Positions 51,416-63,769 of a DNA stretch of 64,000 bases are shown piece by piece. The DNA comes from Mobula hypostoma (taxonomy: Eukaryota). Positions within the stretch are counted from its first letter, which is position 1. Every line of letters starts with the position of its first letter. Made by a program: the position numbers and the translations under genes. Under the pieces are notes generated by a model. It was not told the DNA's origin, did no database searches, and saw only the letters and a list, made by a program, of their open reading frames with translations. The stretch spans positions 172,858,001 through 172,922,000 of the forward strand of contig NC_086097.1 in NCBI RefSeq assembly GCF_963921235.1, in the 5' to 3' direction.

Positions 51416-51634
51416 CAAACAACAGGAATTCTGCAGATGCTGGAAATTCAAGCAACACACATCAAAGTTGCTGGTGAACGCAGCAGGCCAGGCAGCATCT
51501 ATAGGAAGAGGCGCAGTCGACGTTTCAGGCCGAGACCCTTCGTCACGAAGGGTCTCGGCCTGAAACGTCGACTGCGCCTCTTCCTATAGATGCTGCCTGG
51601 CCTGCTGCGTTCACCAGCAACTTTGATGTGTGTT
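51416..51634 (-). mobile_element. Very young Penelope-derived palindromic insertion in a VPS13B intron
   Basis: Perfect 90-bp arms (51454-51543 and 51545-51634) with a 1-nt spacer. 17-bp TSD GTTTATTGAGGATTATG at 51399-51415 and 51632-51648, overlapping the arm end by 3 nt. PLE 3' tail at 51416-51453. Confidence 0.92.
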
Positions 51635-51885
51635 TATTGAGGATTATGGTAGTGGTGGACCAGCAGATTCTTCCGATTACCAGATCTTATTTCAATTTAT
51701 ACTTCAATATTCCTTTGAGTTACTATTTTTTTCTATGCTGTTTGGTACAGTAGCACAAATTTTCCAGTAAGTCCATTAAATTTCAAAGCAGTGTGGAAAA
51801 CAGAATCATGTGAGATTAAAGGGGGTGCTGAAACTGAGACCTTTATAAGTTTAAAGGGAGCACAAGAAATGGTGTCCTAAGGAGA

Positions 51886-52049
51886 TTAAAGAGAGAACAG
51901 GAACTGGGGCCCCAGTGAGTTTAAATAGAGCACAGGAACTGGGGCCCCAGTGAGCTTAAATAGAGCACAGGAACTGGGGACCCAGTGAGTTTAAATAGAG
52001 CACAGGAACTGGGGACCCAGTGAGTTTAAAGAGAGCACAGGAACTGGGA
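51886..52049. repeat. Minisatellite, about 4.7 units of 35 bp
   Basis: Unit TTAAA(T/G)AGAGCACAGGAACTGGGG(C/A)CCCAGTGAG(T/C) at 51886, 51921, 51956, 51991 and 52026, with degenerate units upstream. Confidence 0.95.
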
Positions 52050-52846
52050 TTTCCATCTATTAGAGTGAGTTTTAAGATAAGAGTTCTTTGTGCTAGAAGG
52101 AGCACAAGAGAAAGCACCCAGTGAGCCGCATGCCTAATCACTGGGACTTCCAAACAAAGGGACAGTATATTACCAGAGCTCTACTGTTAGAATGGTTTAT
52201 CAAGTTGGAAGTAGAGGTAATATAATCTGGCACATCTAGCAGATACAGTAAATTAAAATTCTGAATGCATCAGCTGTTGACTGACAGGTAGAAATCTCAT
52301 CACATTAGCAGCCAGAATTTGGAACACAAAAGTAAACTACGCTGACAATCTAGTGCTGATCTAGAACACTTCATCATTGGAAGTGCAATATTGTATAAGG
52401 AACCTTAAATTCAGTTCCATATGCTTCCTCTGATGAATATTGAAGACATTATAACACTAAAAGAAAATTTATGTGGCCAAAACCAATATCTGTCCCTCAT
52501 TTAACATATGTTTTTACATAAAGGGTGGTACCTATATGGAATAGGCTGCAAGGGGAAATGGTTACAATAACAACTTTTTAAAGTCACTTACAAAGGTGTA
52601 TGGATTGGAAAGGTTTAGAGAGATGTGGGTCAAATGCTGGCAAGTGGGGCTAGCTTGGATGGGAAAACTTGGTCAGCATGGGCCATTTCGGCTAAAGGGC
52701 CTGGTTCCATATTTTATAACTCTGTGACTACAACTTTATTACAACAAAAGCATAAATGGCATTGACACATGTAAGAGTAAGGCACATTGAATGCAAAGAT
52801 AGACATGAACCAATTGTGTTTCCTCTGTGTATTTTTATAAGATATA

Positions 52847-53397
52847 GACTTATTGGCCACTTTATTAGGTACACCTGTACACCTGCTTGTTAATGCAAGG
52901 ATCTAATCAGCTAATCATATGATAGCAACTCAATGCATAAAAGCATGCAGACATGGTCAAGAGGTTCAGTTGCTGCAGAGCAAACATCAGAATGGAATAG
53001 AGAAGAAATGTGATCTAAGTGACTTTGACTGTGGAGTGATTGTTGGTACTGGATGGGATAGTCTGAGAAACACTGATCTCCTGGGATTTTCACACTCAGT
53101 GGTCTCTGGAGCTTACAGAGAATGGTGCAAAAAACATCTAGTGAATAGCAGTTCTATGGGCAAAACTACCTTGTTAATGAGAGAGGTCAGAAGAGAATGG
53201 CCAGACTGGTTCAAGATGACAGGAAGAGGACAGTAACTCAAATAACCACGCACTACAACAGTGGAGTGCAGAAGAGCATTTCTGAACACACATCGAACCT
53301 GAAGTGGATGGGCAACAGCAGCAGACGATCATGAACATACACTCAGTGGCCACTTTATTAGGTACCCCCTATACCTAATAAAGTGGCCACTGAGTGT
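52847..53397 (+). mobile_element. Tc1-like non-autonomous element with terminal TIR hairpin
   Basis: TIR (CACTCAG)TGGCCACTTTATTAGGTAC. Transposase N-terminus KKCDLSDFDCGVIVG..DLLGFSHSVVSGAYREWC. An internal TIR copy at 53339-53364 pairs with the right TIR at 53372-53397. Confidence 0.85.
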
Positions 53398-53948
53398 GTT
53401 TTAAAATTTAAAAAAACTTTGGTTGTTATCATATCTTTCATCTTGTGAGTTTGTTGTGCAGCAATGGTAACCGTTCCACACTGAACCAGTGACCATTCCT
53501 TGGGTAGTACTACATTGGACTCAAAAAGCTTTGTAATACCCAACAATTCTTAAATGTTTGGATGGGAGGTGTTTGGAGGGATATGGTCCGTGTGCAGGTC
53601 AGTGGGACTAGGCAGAAAATGGTTCGGCACAGCCAAGAAGGGCCAAAAGGCCTGTTTCTGTGCTGTAGTTTCTATGGTTCTATGGTTCTATGGTATCTTT
53701 ATCAAGGGAAAGAAATTGTCGACATTTTCAGTCATGATGCAGGGTTTCCTTCTCACCCCACATTAAACTAGTGTTAAATTATCATTTTCTTCTGTTTTAT
53801 ACAGCATGACAAACTGTAAGAATTGTAGGATAATGTACCATGGGACTGAATGTCAAAACCAGAGTACAATGTACAGCCACTGTAATATAACACACTTACT
53901 GGTAGCCACTGGGGGTGAATACCCAGCAATGGTGAGAAAAAGTATTAC

Positions 53949-54125
53949 CTTTGGAAATGTGTTTTACAAAAGAAGTTGTTCCCCTGGAGACTCCACTGAC
54001 AAAGGCTCCTGGACCACGGGTCAATCCCTCATACGGAAGCCGGAAAAAGTCTGCTATCCCATTCCCTATGCTTCGCACCAAATTAGCTGGACTTCCAAGG
54101 ATTTCCAGAGAGCCAACGACCCAGC
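53949..54125 (-). CDS. VPS13B: VPS13B coding exon
   Basis: GWVVGSLEILGSPANLVRSIGNGIADFFRLPYEGLTRGPGAFVSGVSRGTTSFVKHISK. TAG acceptor, GTAAT donor. 177 nt, phase 1 to 1. Confidence 0.97.
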
Positions 54126-54329
54126 CTACCAGGTATACAAATGAAAAGGTGTGTAGGAAATGGCTACGCAAATGAAGATATTAAACTTAAGTAAACAAAT
54201 ATTGTAGTGAACTAAGCATTAGAAATGGCAAATTATCTTGGTGAATGATGTAGTTATACTTACTGGTGGATTAACAGGCCACAAAGTGACTTAGCCATGA
54301 CCATTACTACAGCAAGATGCAACAGTCCA

Positions 54330-54990
54330 GAGAGCAGTACAACACAGGAACATGCCTTTTGGTCCATAGTGTATGTGCTGACCATGATCCCATTAAAATT
54401 GATTCCATCTGCCTGTACATGATCAACTTCTTCCATTCCATTCATGTTCACATGTCTGAATGCCCCTTAAATGTCATTATCATATCTGCTTCCAACACCA
54501 TCCCTGGCAGCCCATTCCAGCCACCTACCACAGTCTAAGGGGCAAAAAACACTTACCCCACACATCTCCCTTAAATTTCTTCCTCTCTCACCTTAAAGTT
54601 ATACACCTCAGCATTTGACATTTCTACTCTGGGAAAGAGACTCTGAGTGTCTGCTGTGTCTTTGCATCTTATAATCTTATAAACTCCTATCAGTCTCCTG
54701 TCAACCTGCCAAGTTGCTAACCTCTTCTAATATTAATACTCTCTAATCCAGACAATATCCTGCTGAGCTTCTCTACATCCTTTCCAGCACCTCCACATCC
54801 TTCCTGTAATGGGGTTACCAGAATTGAACACAATACTCCAAATGTGGTTTAACCAAAATTCTGTACAGTTGCAGCATGACTTTCTGACTCTAATACTCAT
54901 TGCTAAGACTGATGAATGTAAGCATGTCATACGTCTTCATTATCACCTGATCACTTATGTGCCATTTTCAGGGAGCTACAAACCGGGCAT
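54330..54990 (-). mobile_element. Old CR1 3' fragment
   Basis: Antisense of HLEYCVQFW (CAGAATTGAACACAATACTCCAAATGTGG) and CR1 3' UTR motifs. Confidence 0.75.
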
Positions 54991-56199
54991 CCAATTTCAG
55001 CAGACTGGATTGGCTCCACAATCCATACCATGAGGAAGTACCATTTACCCCAGCAGGCTCAAGGCTCCATTCCCTGGGAGATTTCAGAAGTGTTGGTTCA
55101 AACCCTGCATCTTCAAATGCAGAGGCAGGAATGTCAACCGAAGTCAAATCAAAAGCTAGATCATTTTAGAATACCTGTCACTGTGTACTTCATAGTGCAG
55201 GGCACAACGTAACAAACAAGCTGAAGAAGGTGATCTAGCTTTTTAGCCAGGTCCACTATTCAGTAGGATCATAGCTAAACAAGACCCATGTTGAGACCCA
55301 TTCATGGATTCCTCAGTTCCTCCAATCTCCCAACAATTCCTTATGGGGTGCAATATTTCTCCTTATTTATGAACAGTGTTGGTCTCAACAATGTTAATTG
55401 AGAAGTTAACAATGAATTCCATAGTTTTGTGTCTCCCGATGAAAACCTGCATTTTGGGATGCAATTGCTGAACTTGGAAATCCTAATATTTGCACTGCAT
55501 TTTAATGTGATTTCCGGTAAATAGATTCCCAAGGCAGGCCCAAAGTACAGCAAGTTTCACCATTATATAAATGAAATGATCCTTGTTAATGTTCTGGACT
55601 ATTTGAGATTACTTGTGAAGAGATCCCGACCCTATGAATTGGGTCTACTATATAGAAGGTACGGGGACCAATAGTACAACTTCAAATTCTACTCCCATGA
55701 AGGAGATTAACTATTTCACTACAGAGACATAGTTTACTCTCCTTCTCATTAATTTTAAACAAGAGCTTGTAACTATTTCTGGGCTTGTGAAAAAGCAAAA
55801 GATTATGGAGAGTTATGTATGAACCAGAAAATACACAGAGCCCATCTTTCACCTTTAATACTGATGTAAATTGGGCAAGATCAGACTAGGTATTTTGGTT
55901 GGGAAGTTTAACAACACTTCAACATAATGGAAATTTAGAATCTCTTCCACAAATGAGAGATGATGCTGGGACAATTTTAAATCCAATATTGATAACAGTA
56001 TTGTTAACCAATGGGGTATGAGTAAGAATAGTCAGATGGAGTCTGACCTTGCAGGGTGGAAGATCAAAGGCATCAATTCATCTACCTGTTCCTAAGTATG
56101 AGGCACACAGTCACTGTCCAAAGCCATTTCTCACTTTTCCAGCCCTGGCTTGAGGTAAGAGTCCTTTCCCAGGATAGAAATGTCAAACTTCCGACTTTC

Positions 56200-56545
56200 T
56201 GTTAACCCTCCCCACCACTGAGAACATTCTCAAAAGGTGGTGCTTTAAGATGGTGGAATCCATCACTGAGAACCCTCACCATCTGGGCCATGACCGCTTC
56301 TCATGACTATGACTATCATCAGGAAAGAGGTAGGCGAGCCTGAAGACCTACATTCAATGTCTGAGGAACAGCTTCTTCCCTCCGCCATCAGAATTTTATG
56401 TGGTCCATGAACCCTACCCTATTAATCCTTTTTTTGCACTATTTATTGATTTGGTAATTTATAATAATTTTTGTCTTCACACTGGACTGCTGTCACAAAA
56501 CAACAAATTTTACATCATGTAAGTCAGTGATAATAAACCTGACTC
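56200..56545 (+). mobile_element. Rex1/Babar 3' fragment abutting a VPS13B splice donor
   Basis: AGGAACAGCTTCTTCCC (RNSFFP) and the family 3' end GTCAGTGATAATAAACCTGACTCT. Similar fragments occur at about 58030-58450, 60930-61290 and 62780-63470. Confidence 0.75.
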
Positions 56546-56556
56546 TTTGTACCAAC

Positions 56557-57386
56557 CTGCTCGAAATAATGCTCCTGCAGCATAGTGCATGGCGAGTGCA
56601 TGGATCAGCTGCCTTGGAGTGGTGTAGATAGGCCCTCTCTCGAAGAGTGAGAAGGAAAGAGGAGCATGATCCGAGGCAATGTATAGCTTTATGGAGGCAT
56701 GGACACTGACGAGCAAGCTCACAGCCTGGATGGTCAATCGTTGAAGTTTGATCGGATTCACTAGTGCATGCGTTGCATTCATTACTTGCTCAGGCACGCA
56801 GAGGTCAGCTGCTGAAACAGACGATATCCTTGTTTGCTTTTGGTTCACCCCAGTGTCAGGGATATACGTGTTAAACAGAGTTTTTACATAATAAACAAAT
56901 GTGTCTTCCACATAGAGCCTGGCAGGTTTCAATTCAAAGTTAATTTCATTCATGGTGAACATAAAGTTCTGTTCTCTCAGTTGGATGCAAGCTTTTAGAA
57001 AACACTTGTGCTTGTATTCATCAAGGTCTTTGACTGAAAGTGTTGAACTGAAGCCAGTTCTCCACTGTGGGCTTTCAGATTTCAACTCCTGGCACAGCAG
57101 GGCAGGGAAGTGAAAGCTGGTCCTGTGATAAAGTTGGTTGTCAATCTGCAGGTCCCCAATGCACACTTCCAGCATGTAGAGCTCTGAAAGGCCATGACTG
57201 GGCTCTGCTCGAAATTCCCGTGCCAGAGGCCTCGAGCGGTTCACCAGCGGTGCAAGGTTCAACAGAATGTTGTCCAACGTCAGCCTCAGCAGTTCTGATG
57301 ATTTACACTGATAGGTTACATCATCATTTATCGTCAGACTTGCCTGAGTAACGAGCACTCGCAGTGCAACAGCCTTTTTTAGCATC
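56557..57386 (-). CDS. VPS13B: VPS13B large coding exon (C-terminal region)
   Basis: Lies within ORF 56510..57478: ELLRLTLDNI, DLQIDNQLY, FELKPARLYVEDTFVYY, ASDHAPLSFSLFERGP, HALAMHYAAGALFRA. CAG acceptor at 57388-57387, GTTGGT donor at 56556. 830 nt, phase 2 to 1. Confidence 0.97.
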
Positions 57387-59134
57387 CTGTGCAAACAAAT
57401 GTTAAAAATTAATGTACACTTTAGTAATACAAAAGACAAAAAATATTTAAGAGCCTTAGAAGATATGAGGCATGTCATTTAATTTTCCAACGTTTAAGGG
57501 AATTCTCCTGAGAATGAATGGGAAATGTTAACAGCAATTTTCTCAAGCACTGTGCACAAAGCTCTTTGAACTATTTCTCATGAACCCACGAACAAGGATC
57601 ATACCAGCTATTCATAAAGATTGCCATCTTCCTGGAACTTACATCACTTCTTCCTGGCGGCCACAAAGATATTTTAAACTTTGTTGTACCAGAAAGCCCC
57701 AATATGTTTTGTGCTTTCTTTTAAACAGAATGAATTTATGGGTTGTTTTGGTTCAGCAATTCCAGGGATGTGATTTACATTTGGAATGAGTTAATTTTTC
57801 CTGGAAGTGTCCATGATTTCAAAAACTAAACTGTTTTTTTGTTGTAACTTCATAACATATTAATCTTAGAACTGTCCTGATATCTCTTCAGATGGCTTTA
57901 TCAGCCACTGTTGAATGTGGAGAAAGATGAACATAAGAAAATAAAAGTAGCAGTGGGCCACTTAGCACTTCAAATTCTCCTAACATTCAATACGATCACA
58001 GTAAATGTGAGTAAAAAGGAGGCACAAATGCACTGGGTTGGAAGAAGCTTCAGAGGGTAGTGCCAGTTCCACCACAGGCACATCCCTTCACATCATCAAG
58101 GATATCTTCCCAAGGTGGCGCCTCAAGAAAGTGACATCCATCACAAAGGACCCACATCATCCAAAACATGCCCTCTTCTCATTACTACCATTAGGAAGGA
58201 GATATAGGAGACTGAAGACCCACATTCAACATTTTCGGAAAGTATTTTTCCCTCTGAAACCAAGTTTCTTAATGGTCTATAACAATACCTTGCTATTCCT
58301 CTTTTGCACTATCTATCTATATAATCTGTCAACTTATTTATTTATTTAGTAACTTACAGTAATTTGTTATGTCTGCATTGTACTGCTACCACAAAACAAT
58401 TAATTTTGCAACTTATGTCAGTAACAATAAACCTGATTCTGATCCTGACTCTGGCCTCATTGTCTCTGTGCCTGTTCCCCATAGCCTGCAATCTCCAGAT
58501 CTTTCAGGAATTTATCTACCTGCTCTTCAGATACTTCTAATGAGCTAGCTTCCACAATTCTCTAGAATGAAGAATTCCAGAGACTCAAGAAGAAATTTTT
58601 ATCTACCTCCATTTTAAGTTCATTTATATGACCCCTTGTTTAAGTCTTTCCCATAAATGAAAACATCTCAACAACTAACTTTGTCATACCGACACTAGGA
58701 TCTTAGAAATTTCAGTAAGATCACAAGAATATATTTTAACTCTTGGCAGAAACTAGAAACTGTCGACAAGCAAAAACATTTTGATGCCTGGACGACATAC
58801 ACTTTAATCAAAGGCAGTGCACTTTACTCAAATTCACTCCAGAAGTCTAATGGATTTCAAAAATACTTAATTTTAAAAGCAAAACATAATGTTGTATTGC
58901 TTTTCTGGCATATACAACTTAGGGTATATTTCTACCCCAGCATATTTACAAAGAAAATTTCATGAGGATGCAAAGCAGAACTTCTCTTATCATTGTTCAT
59001 ACATGTTGTTTTTGGGATGTGTCCTGCTATAGAGGTACAGTGTGCAATTAGGAAAAGTAAATGGAAATAAAGTCCTTTTGCCAAGGGGTTGGAGTACAAA
59101 GTAAAATCAAGGTTAAGTTTGTGGAATTAATTAC

Positions 59135-59253
59135 CCATGAAGACTGGTCATAACAGGGCCAGCTCTGCCCTCTGGTGCCATGGTCATGGTTATGGTGCTG
59201 GAGTCATGAATGATGTCCACATACACGCAGCCGTAACCAGGAAGAAACACTAC
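59135..59253 (-). CDS. VPS13B: VPS13B coding exon
   Basis: Translates VVFLPGYGCVYVDIIHDSSTITMTMAPEGRAGPVMTSLH(G), matching VPS13B VVFLTGFGYVYVDV…APEGKAGP. Pyrimidine tract plus AG, GTAATT donor. 119 nt, phase 0 to 2. Absent from the ORF track. Confidence 0.93.
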
Positions 59254-59744
59254 CTAAAAGAGAAAAATGGATGAAAAAATAATGAAAAATAGGTTTATTT
59301 ATTTTCAAGCTGAATCCCTCCAGCAATCATCGAAATCTGTTTTACTTGCTGAAGGATTGAGTTGCATAGTTTCTTTGACTAAACATCATTTGGTGACATT
59401 GTCATCGTAACAGAAGCAATGTTTTTCGTGAATAGCATACACAGTATAAAAAATAAAAAGATATCTACAGTGTATAAAAAATTACTTTGATATTAAACCC
59501 GTATTTTTTTGGCCAACAACATGACAAATCCCATTGCTTTAAGGATTAGCTGAATAAAATGTTAGTCTATTTTGTTCAGGAAACAGGGATTTGAGCAATA
59601 ATCTCTCAAATGTAGGGTCTCAAGAATACATTGGGGAGGGGGGCCATCAAAAAATATAGACATGCAAAATCAAGGTCTAAGTCGTGCTGTGTTGTGTTAT
59701 CTACTCCTACTTGATGGAGCACAGTAATAAGGTCTGCCTGAAAT

Positions 59745-59905
59745 ATTAGCTCTACCCTCAGTGGGTCGAGCAGCATCTGTGAGAGAAAAGGAATCACAAA
59801 TGTTTCAGTTCAAAACCTTCCATCAGGTCCTTTCCTTCCACAGAATACTTGACCCACTGAAGTCCTCCAGCAGACTGTTTGCTGTTCAAATTCTAGCATC
59901 TACAC
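59745..59905 (+). mobile_element. Old Penelope-derived fold-back fragment
   Basis: An inverted arm GTGGGTCGAGCAGCATCTGTG…CATCAGG (antisense CCTGATG) is followed by a sense arm CCACAGAATACTTGACCCACTG…CTAGCATCTACA. Confidence 0.55.
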
Positions 59906-62900
59906 AGGCTCGTGTCTCCAGCTCTCTTTCTCTTTCCACAGATACTGCCTGACCTTCTGAGTGCTTCCACTGTTTTTAGATTTTCGGATATTGCAGCTTT
60001 TGATTTTCATTTACTGTTAAGTTCACTTCCAGGAAAGAAATTTTGTGTTCCAATGAAAGGTCTTTGATCTGAAACATTAAATCTGTTTCCCTTTGCCTAA
60101 CTTGATGAGCTTTCTGTTTCTATTATAATGGTTGCACAGTCATCATCAGTGCTGACGTGCTAAGTGAGCGCAGTGTGGACAGCAGTGTGGCTGTCAAAAA
60201 GATGAAAAGTTAACTATGTTATCCCTCCTTAATCATTAACCAGTGGTTCTGACTAGAAAGTATTCCATATGAATGTGTTGGAGGAAGGGTGTGGAGGAGT
60301 TGTCTATGGTTGGCCCAGACTGACACTGATATTGGCAGAAGCTGATTATCACTCATCTCATTTATGAGAGGTGGCAATTTGGACAAGGTGCCAGAGAAGC
60401 CTCCTTTTACGGAATGACATTTGTGACAATTCCAGATAAAAGCAGTTAAAAAGATCTTTAGACATACTATTACTGTATCAATTCTAATTAAACAAAATTC
60501 AATTCTTTCAAGAAAAACAAGGAAATTTTATGAATATAACTTCTTTCCAAAAGACAACACAGACTATCAGTTTGATAGATTCTCTCTCTAGATTCAATGT
60601 TATTGATGATGTACAGGACCTTTTAATTTCTATTCCTGTATTTTTCAGACAAGTGCTCCAGGAATGCCTGCTCTAGACTTCCCTAATCAGACATTCTGAT
60701 AACCCCACCATTCCAAGATTCTACACCATGGATTTCACTGTCTGACATACAAAGATTTCCTCTTTGCCGGCTCAAGTACTTCAGATGGCAAATGTGCTGT
60801 CAGGCTAACTCAAGGCTTAACAGGGAAAAGCTGTCAGAACCACCTCATGGCATAAAGCTGTCTCAAATAGGGTGTACTCCTGGGTTCCAAGAGGCTGTGT
60901 TACAAGCTCAAGGCTCTTATTTAAAGATCATAGGAGGCTCCAATGCACAAGATCACAAGAGGCTGCAGATGGTATTGGTTTCCATCACAGACACAATCCT
61001 CCCCTCCATCAATAAAATCTTTAAGAAGAATTGCCTCACAATGGTAGCATCCATCTCTAAGTATTCTTACCATCCAGGGCATACCCTCTTCTTGTTACCA
61101 CCAATGGGGAGGAGGTACGGAAACATGAAGACTCAAAATGAACATTTTAGGAACAGCTTCTTTCTCTACACCATCAGATTTCCAGATGGTACATGAATCC
61201 TGAACATTACCTCAATATTCCAATTTTTGCAGTATTTATTTTTTAATTTATAATAATTTTATATCTTTGCTTTGTACCTGTGGAAGAAAATTAAATTTTA
61301 AATTGACTTCTGTGTCAAGCTTGACTAGCTAAGTACTGCCCAAGATTTGGGTCATGATGATGACAGGATAAGACATAGACTCCAACTTGCTTGTGCTAGC
61401 TAACAATAGGTCATGCCAATAATGAAGTATTGCTGACTTTTGTCTGAGAAACAAAGTGACTTATAGCCTGTCTGGCTAAAAGGGGAACTCAATATGGACA
61501 TGCAGTTCTAATTTTGTCAACCACATGGAAATATTTGTAGACTTGCAGACACCTAACAAGTGTTTCTTGAAATCACTGACCAAGTATTTTTGGCTGTTGG
61601 CTATTGCCCAAAATTTACTGTACAAATTTAAGATGTAACATGACATTGGCAGAGTCATAAGACAATGGCTCCCTCGGTCATATATACCTTATACCAAGGT
61701 CTCTGTCTATATTTCTGTTTGCTAAAAGGATAAAATCTCTTATAGTAATTTGGCAACAACATTCTTTTACAATAAAATATGGTAAATCAGGGTAAACTCT
61801 TCTATAGTACTGCTGTCACAAAATAATAAAGTTCACCTCATACAAGACAGTGATAATAAACCTAATTCTGATTCTAAAGATGCTCTCAGTAAAACTCAAG
61901 TTTTGTGTAGCAGTGAAGGATTAATGGGCCACAGTGTGTTGACAATCTACTGCCTGTACAGGGTAAGGAATAATCACTGATATTCACAGCAGTCATTAAA
62001 TGGGGAACAAGTAACAGAACTACTCAGTTACCAACATCACATTTGTGGTTTGAAGAGGTTTGTGTGGTCCTACTGTGCAAGACATTGGTGAGGCCACACA
62101 TGGAGTACAGCATTGTTGCCCGATTATATTAAAGACTATTAAACTGGTTAGAGTGCAGAGAAGATAAAGATAAAGATACTGCCAGGACTCAAGGGTTTGA
62201 TTTATAGAGAGAGGTTGGGTGAGCTAGGACGTTATTCCTCGGGATGTTGGAGACTGAGATGTGATCTTACAGAGGTGTATAATAAAATCATTAGGAAAAT
62301 GGATAGGGTGAACATATACACAGTCTTTTTCCCAGAGAAGGGGAACTAAAAACTACAGGGCATAACATTTATCATGAACACATTGACCTAGGCAAGGTGA
62401 AAGTGTTCTATTGCATTGTAGAGCAGATCAGCTTTTGGAGCATCTGGAGGTGAGTCACTCACCTCGCCTCTGACCTATTCTTACGGCTGTAGCATGTTTA
62501 TGGCTGCTCTTGAACACCAAATCACTCAATGGTCTCAATTCTCAATTCCTCATGAACATCTTTCTCCAAATAGTGGTAAAAATGTGAAATACTTTGCTCC
62601 ATGGGAAACCTCAGGCAAACAGCACAGCATAAGGAGCAGTTATCAAAGGACATGAGAGAAAAATGGAAAAAAAGGTCATGGCTGAGGACTGGGGAAACTT
62701 GTGTGAAGCATGAATCTTAAAATAGTCCAGTCAAGATGAAAAATCTATGTGTACTGCAGACTCAACATGTCATCAGATAAACTGGAACCCAGTCACGTGA
62801 GATATTGCAAGGAATGCTGAGTAATATTATGGCCAAGAAAGCTCACCATGCCTCTATTTCCTTGGGAGGTTAAAGAAGTTCAGCACAATCCTGTCGACTT

Positions 62901-63569
62901 TTACCAGTAGTTATTGATGCACCATAGAAAACATTTGATGTGAATGCATAAAGGCCTCAGGAAATGCAAATGACCTCAAGAAACTGCAGAGAGCTGTGGA
63001 CACAGCTCAGCATATCACAGGAACTAGACTTCCCTCAACTGACTATCCATATTTCTCACTGCCTCAGTAAAGCAACCAGCATAATCAAAGACCCCACCCA
63101 CCCCAGACATCTTTTCTTCTCACTTCTCCCATGAGGCAGAAAATACAAAAGCTTGAAAGTACATACCATCAGACGCTTGGACAGCTTCTGTCCCACTGCT
63201 ATCAGACTCCTGACAGACCACTTGTACAATAAGATGGACTCTAGACCTCACAATCTAACATGTTATGATCTTGCAGAGTATCGCTATGATCTTCCACACT
63301 TGCACTGCACTCTTTTGATAGCTCTTACACATTATTCTGCATTGCTAATGTTTACCTTATTCTTGCTCAAGGTACTGTGTAATGATTTGATGTGTATAAA
63401 CAGAATGCAAGACAAGCTTTTCACTGTATCTTGATACATGACAATAACAATAATTATTGCCAATGCCAATAACAATAAGTAGATTCCTGATGAAAACACA
63501 TAGTGTGGGCTCCATAGCCCAGCAAATAAAAACTCAAATGAACATATATCACTGAGAAAATATTCTCAC

Positions 63570-63769
63570 TTGAGTCCCAGGACTGTTCAGGTCAATGATG
63601 TCACTCCATTCCTCTGGGAGATCTGACGACGACGTCATGCTGAGATGGACTCCAGGAAGGCTGTCTTCAGTTTTGCAGTCAGGAAAATTCCATACATGAT
63701 GGTAAAGTTCATGGTGAATTGAAGATTCACTGGGGATTTTCCGACAGTAAACTGTGCACTTTGGGACAT
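63570..63769 (-). CDS. VPS13B: VPS13B coding exon (first exon in window; gene continues upstream beyond 64000)
   Basis: Manual translation (D)VPKCTVYCRKIPSESSIHHELYHHVWNFPDCKTEDSLPGVHLSMTSSSDLPEEWSDIIDLNSPGTQ resembles recalled vertebrate VPS13B (…KIPSECSIHHELYH…EWSDAIDINSQGTQ). AG acceptor at 63771-63770, GTGAG donor at 63569. 200 nt, ends phase 0. Confidence 0.93.

Noticed and set aside
56510..57478. 322-aa ORF as a stand-alone gene starting at Met
   Set aside because: It is an internal VPS13B exon (56557-57386) with in-frame intronic extensions on both sides.
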